DNA of 64,000 nucleotides from an uncultured Holophagales bacterium (GTDB lineage Bacteria > Acidobacteriota > Thermoanaerobaculia > Multivoradales > UBA5704), in contig CAWJGT010000009.1 of assembly GCA_963842525.1 (NCBI GenBank), forward strand, positions 352,001 to 416,000, in the 5' to 3' direction. Numbering within the stretch: the first letter of the stretch is position 1; each line of letters starts with the position of its first letter. Of the stretch, positions 63,444 through 64,000 are shown in pieces. The position numbers and the translations under genes were made by a program. The notes below the pieces were generated by a model. The model worked only from the letters and a program-made list of their open reading frames with translations. It was not told where the DNA came from and ran no database searches.

Positions 63444-64000
63444 ATGTTCGGATCCATGGTGCTGGAAGTCGCGGTCGGCGTCATCTTCGTGTACCTGTTG
63501 CTGAGCCTGATGGTCACCGCGATCACGGAGTTGATCTCGGGATGGCTCAAGTGGCGGGCCACCGATCTCCGGAAGGGGATCCGCAGCCTCCTCGAATCCG
63601 GGGACTCCGAAAAATGGGTGAACGCGCTGTACGAACACTCGTTCATCCAGGGGCTCTCTCCGACGGAGGAGAAGGAGGCGAAGGGGAAAGGCCCGTCCTA
63701 CATCCCGTCGCGCACCTTCACCCTCGCCCTTCTGGACGTAGTTCGTGACACCAATTCGGCGGGCGAGCTCCTCGCCCGGGTCCTGCGCCAGGCGCTCGAC
63801 ACGGCTCCGGATTCGGCATCACTGGCCGATCTGAAGAAGGGGATCAAGGACGAGCTCCAGAAGATCCCGGATGACAAGGTGGGTGCGGGCCTCAAGGGAC
63901 AGGCCGCGGCGCTGGTCGACCGAATCCCAGCCAGTGTGTCTCTGGCCGATGCGAAGAAGGATCTCGGCGCTTATCTGCAACAGCTCTCCGGCCGATCGCT
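63444..64000 (+). CDS. Conserved membrane protein; 3' end beyond window
   Basis: MFGSMVLEVAVGVIFVYLLLSL..ITE.I...LKWRA..L..GI and PSYIPSRTF; frame open to the window end. Confidence 0.75.
   Translation, partial: MFGSMVLEVAVGVIFVYLLLSLMVTAITELISGWLKWRATDLRKGIRSLLESGDSEKWVNALYEHSFIQGLSPTEEKEAKGKGPSYIPSRTFTLALLDVVRDTNSAGELLARVLRQALDTAPDSASLADLKKGIKDELQKIPDDKVGAGLKGQAAALVDRIPASVSLADAKKDLGAYLQQLSGRS

Noticed and set aside
62373-64000. Magnetosome island
   Set aside because: Only a MamK-like actin is present; the neighbouring genes are not mam/mad genes.

Overview
High-GC bacterial chromosomal window. Tandem ADOP-type permeases, a Ser/Thr kinase-TPR protein and Uma2 duplicates suggest Acidobacteriota, possibly Thermoanaerobaculia; this is an inference. 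About ten genes are broken by single-base frameshifts, which looks like uncorrected long-read error. Housekeeping and envelope genes include an acyltransferase, GT2, M20 and S9 peptidases, an L,D-transpeptidase, dacB, a nucleoside ABC transporter, pgi/glk, rocD, OsmC, NUDIX and bactofilin. An accessory block at about 15-30 kb holds two Uma2 nucleases, MntA/HepT, RHH/PIN, a Cas4-DinG helicase, two sulfatases and an MNT/HEPN islet flanked by a 69-bp direct repeat. It also holds a PD-(D/E)xK nuclease coupled to a headless DNA-methylase fragment, which is interrupted by an ORF-less group II intron with non-canonical termini. There are three 21-bp-periodic palindromic intergenic arrays. The two strongest candidates for undescribed systems are (1) a PilZ-TM-AMIN protein / membrane-anchored amidase / MamK-like actin operon at 59.7-63.4 kb, with no magnetosome genes in view, and (2) a secreted peptide carrying three D-x-G-x-x-I-D-P-[ND]-G cores next to a Zn-finger-TPR protein, downstream of an XRE / unknown / Rpn-like module at 54-58 kb.
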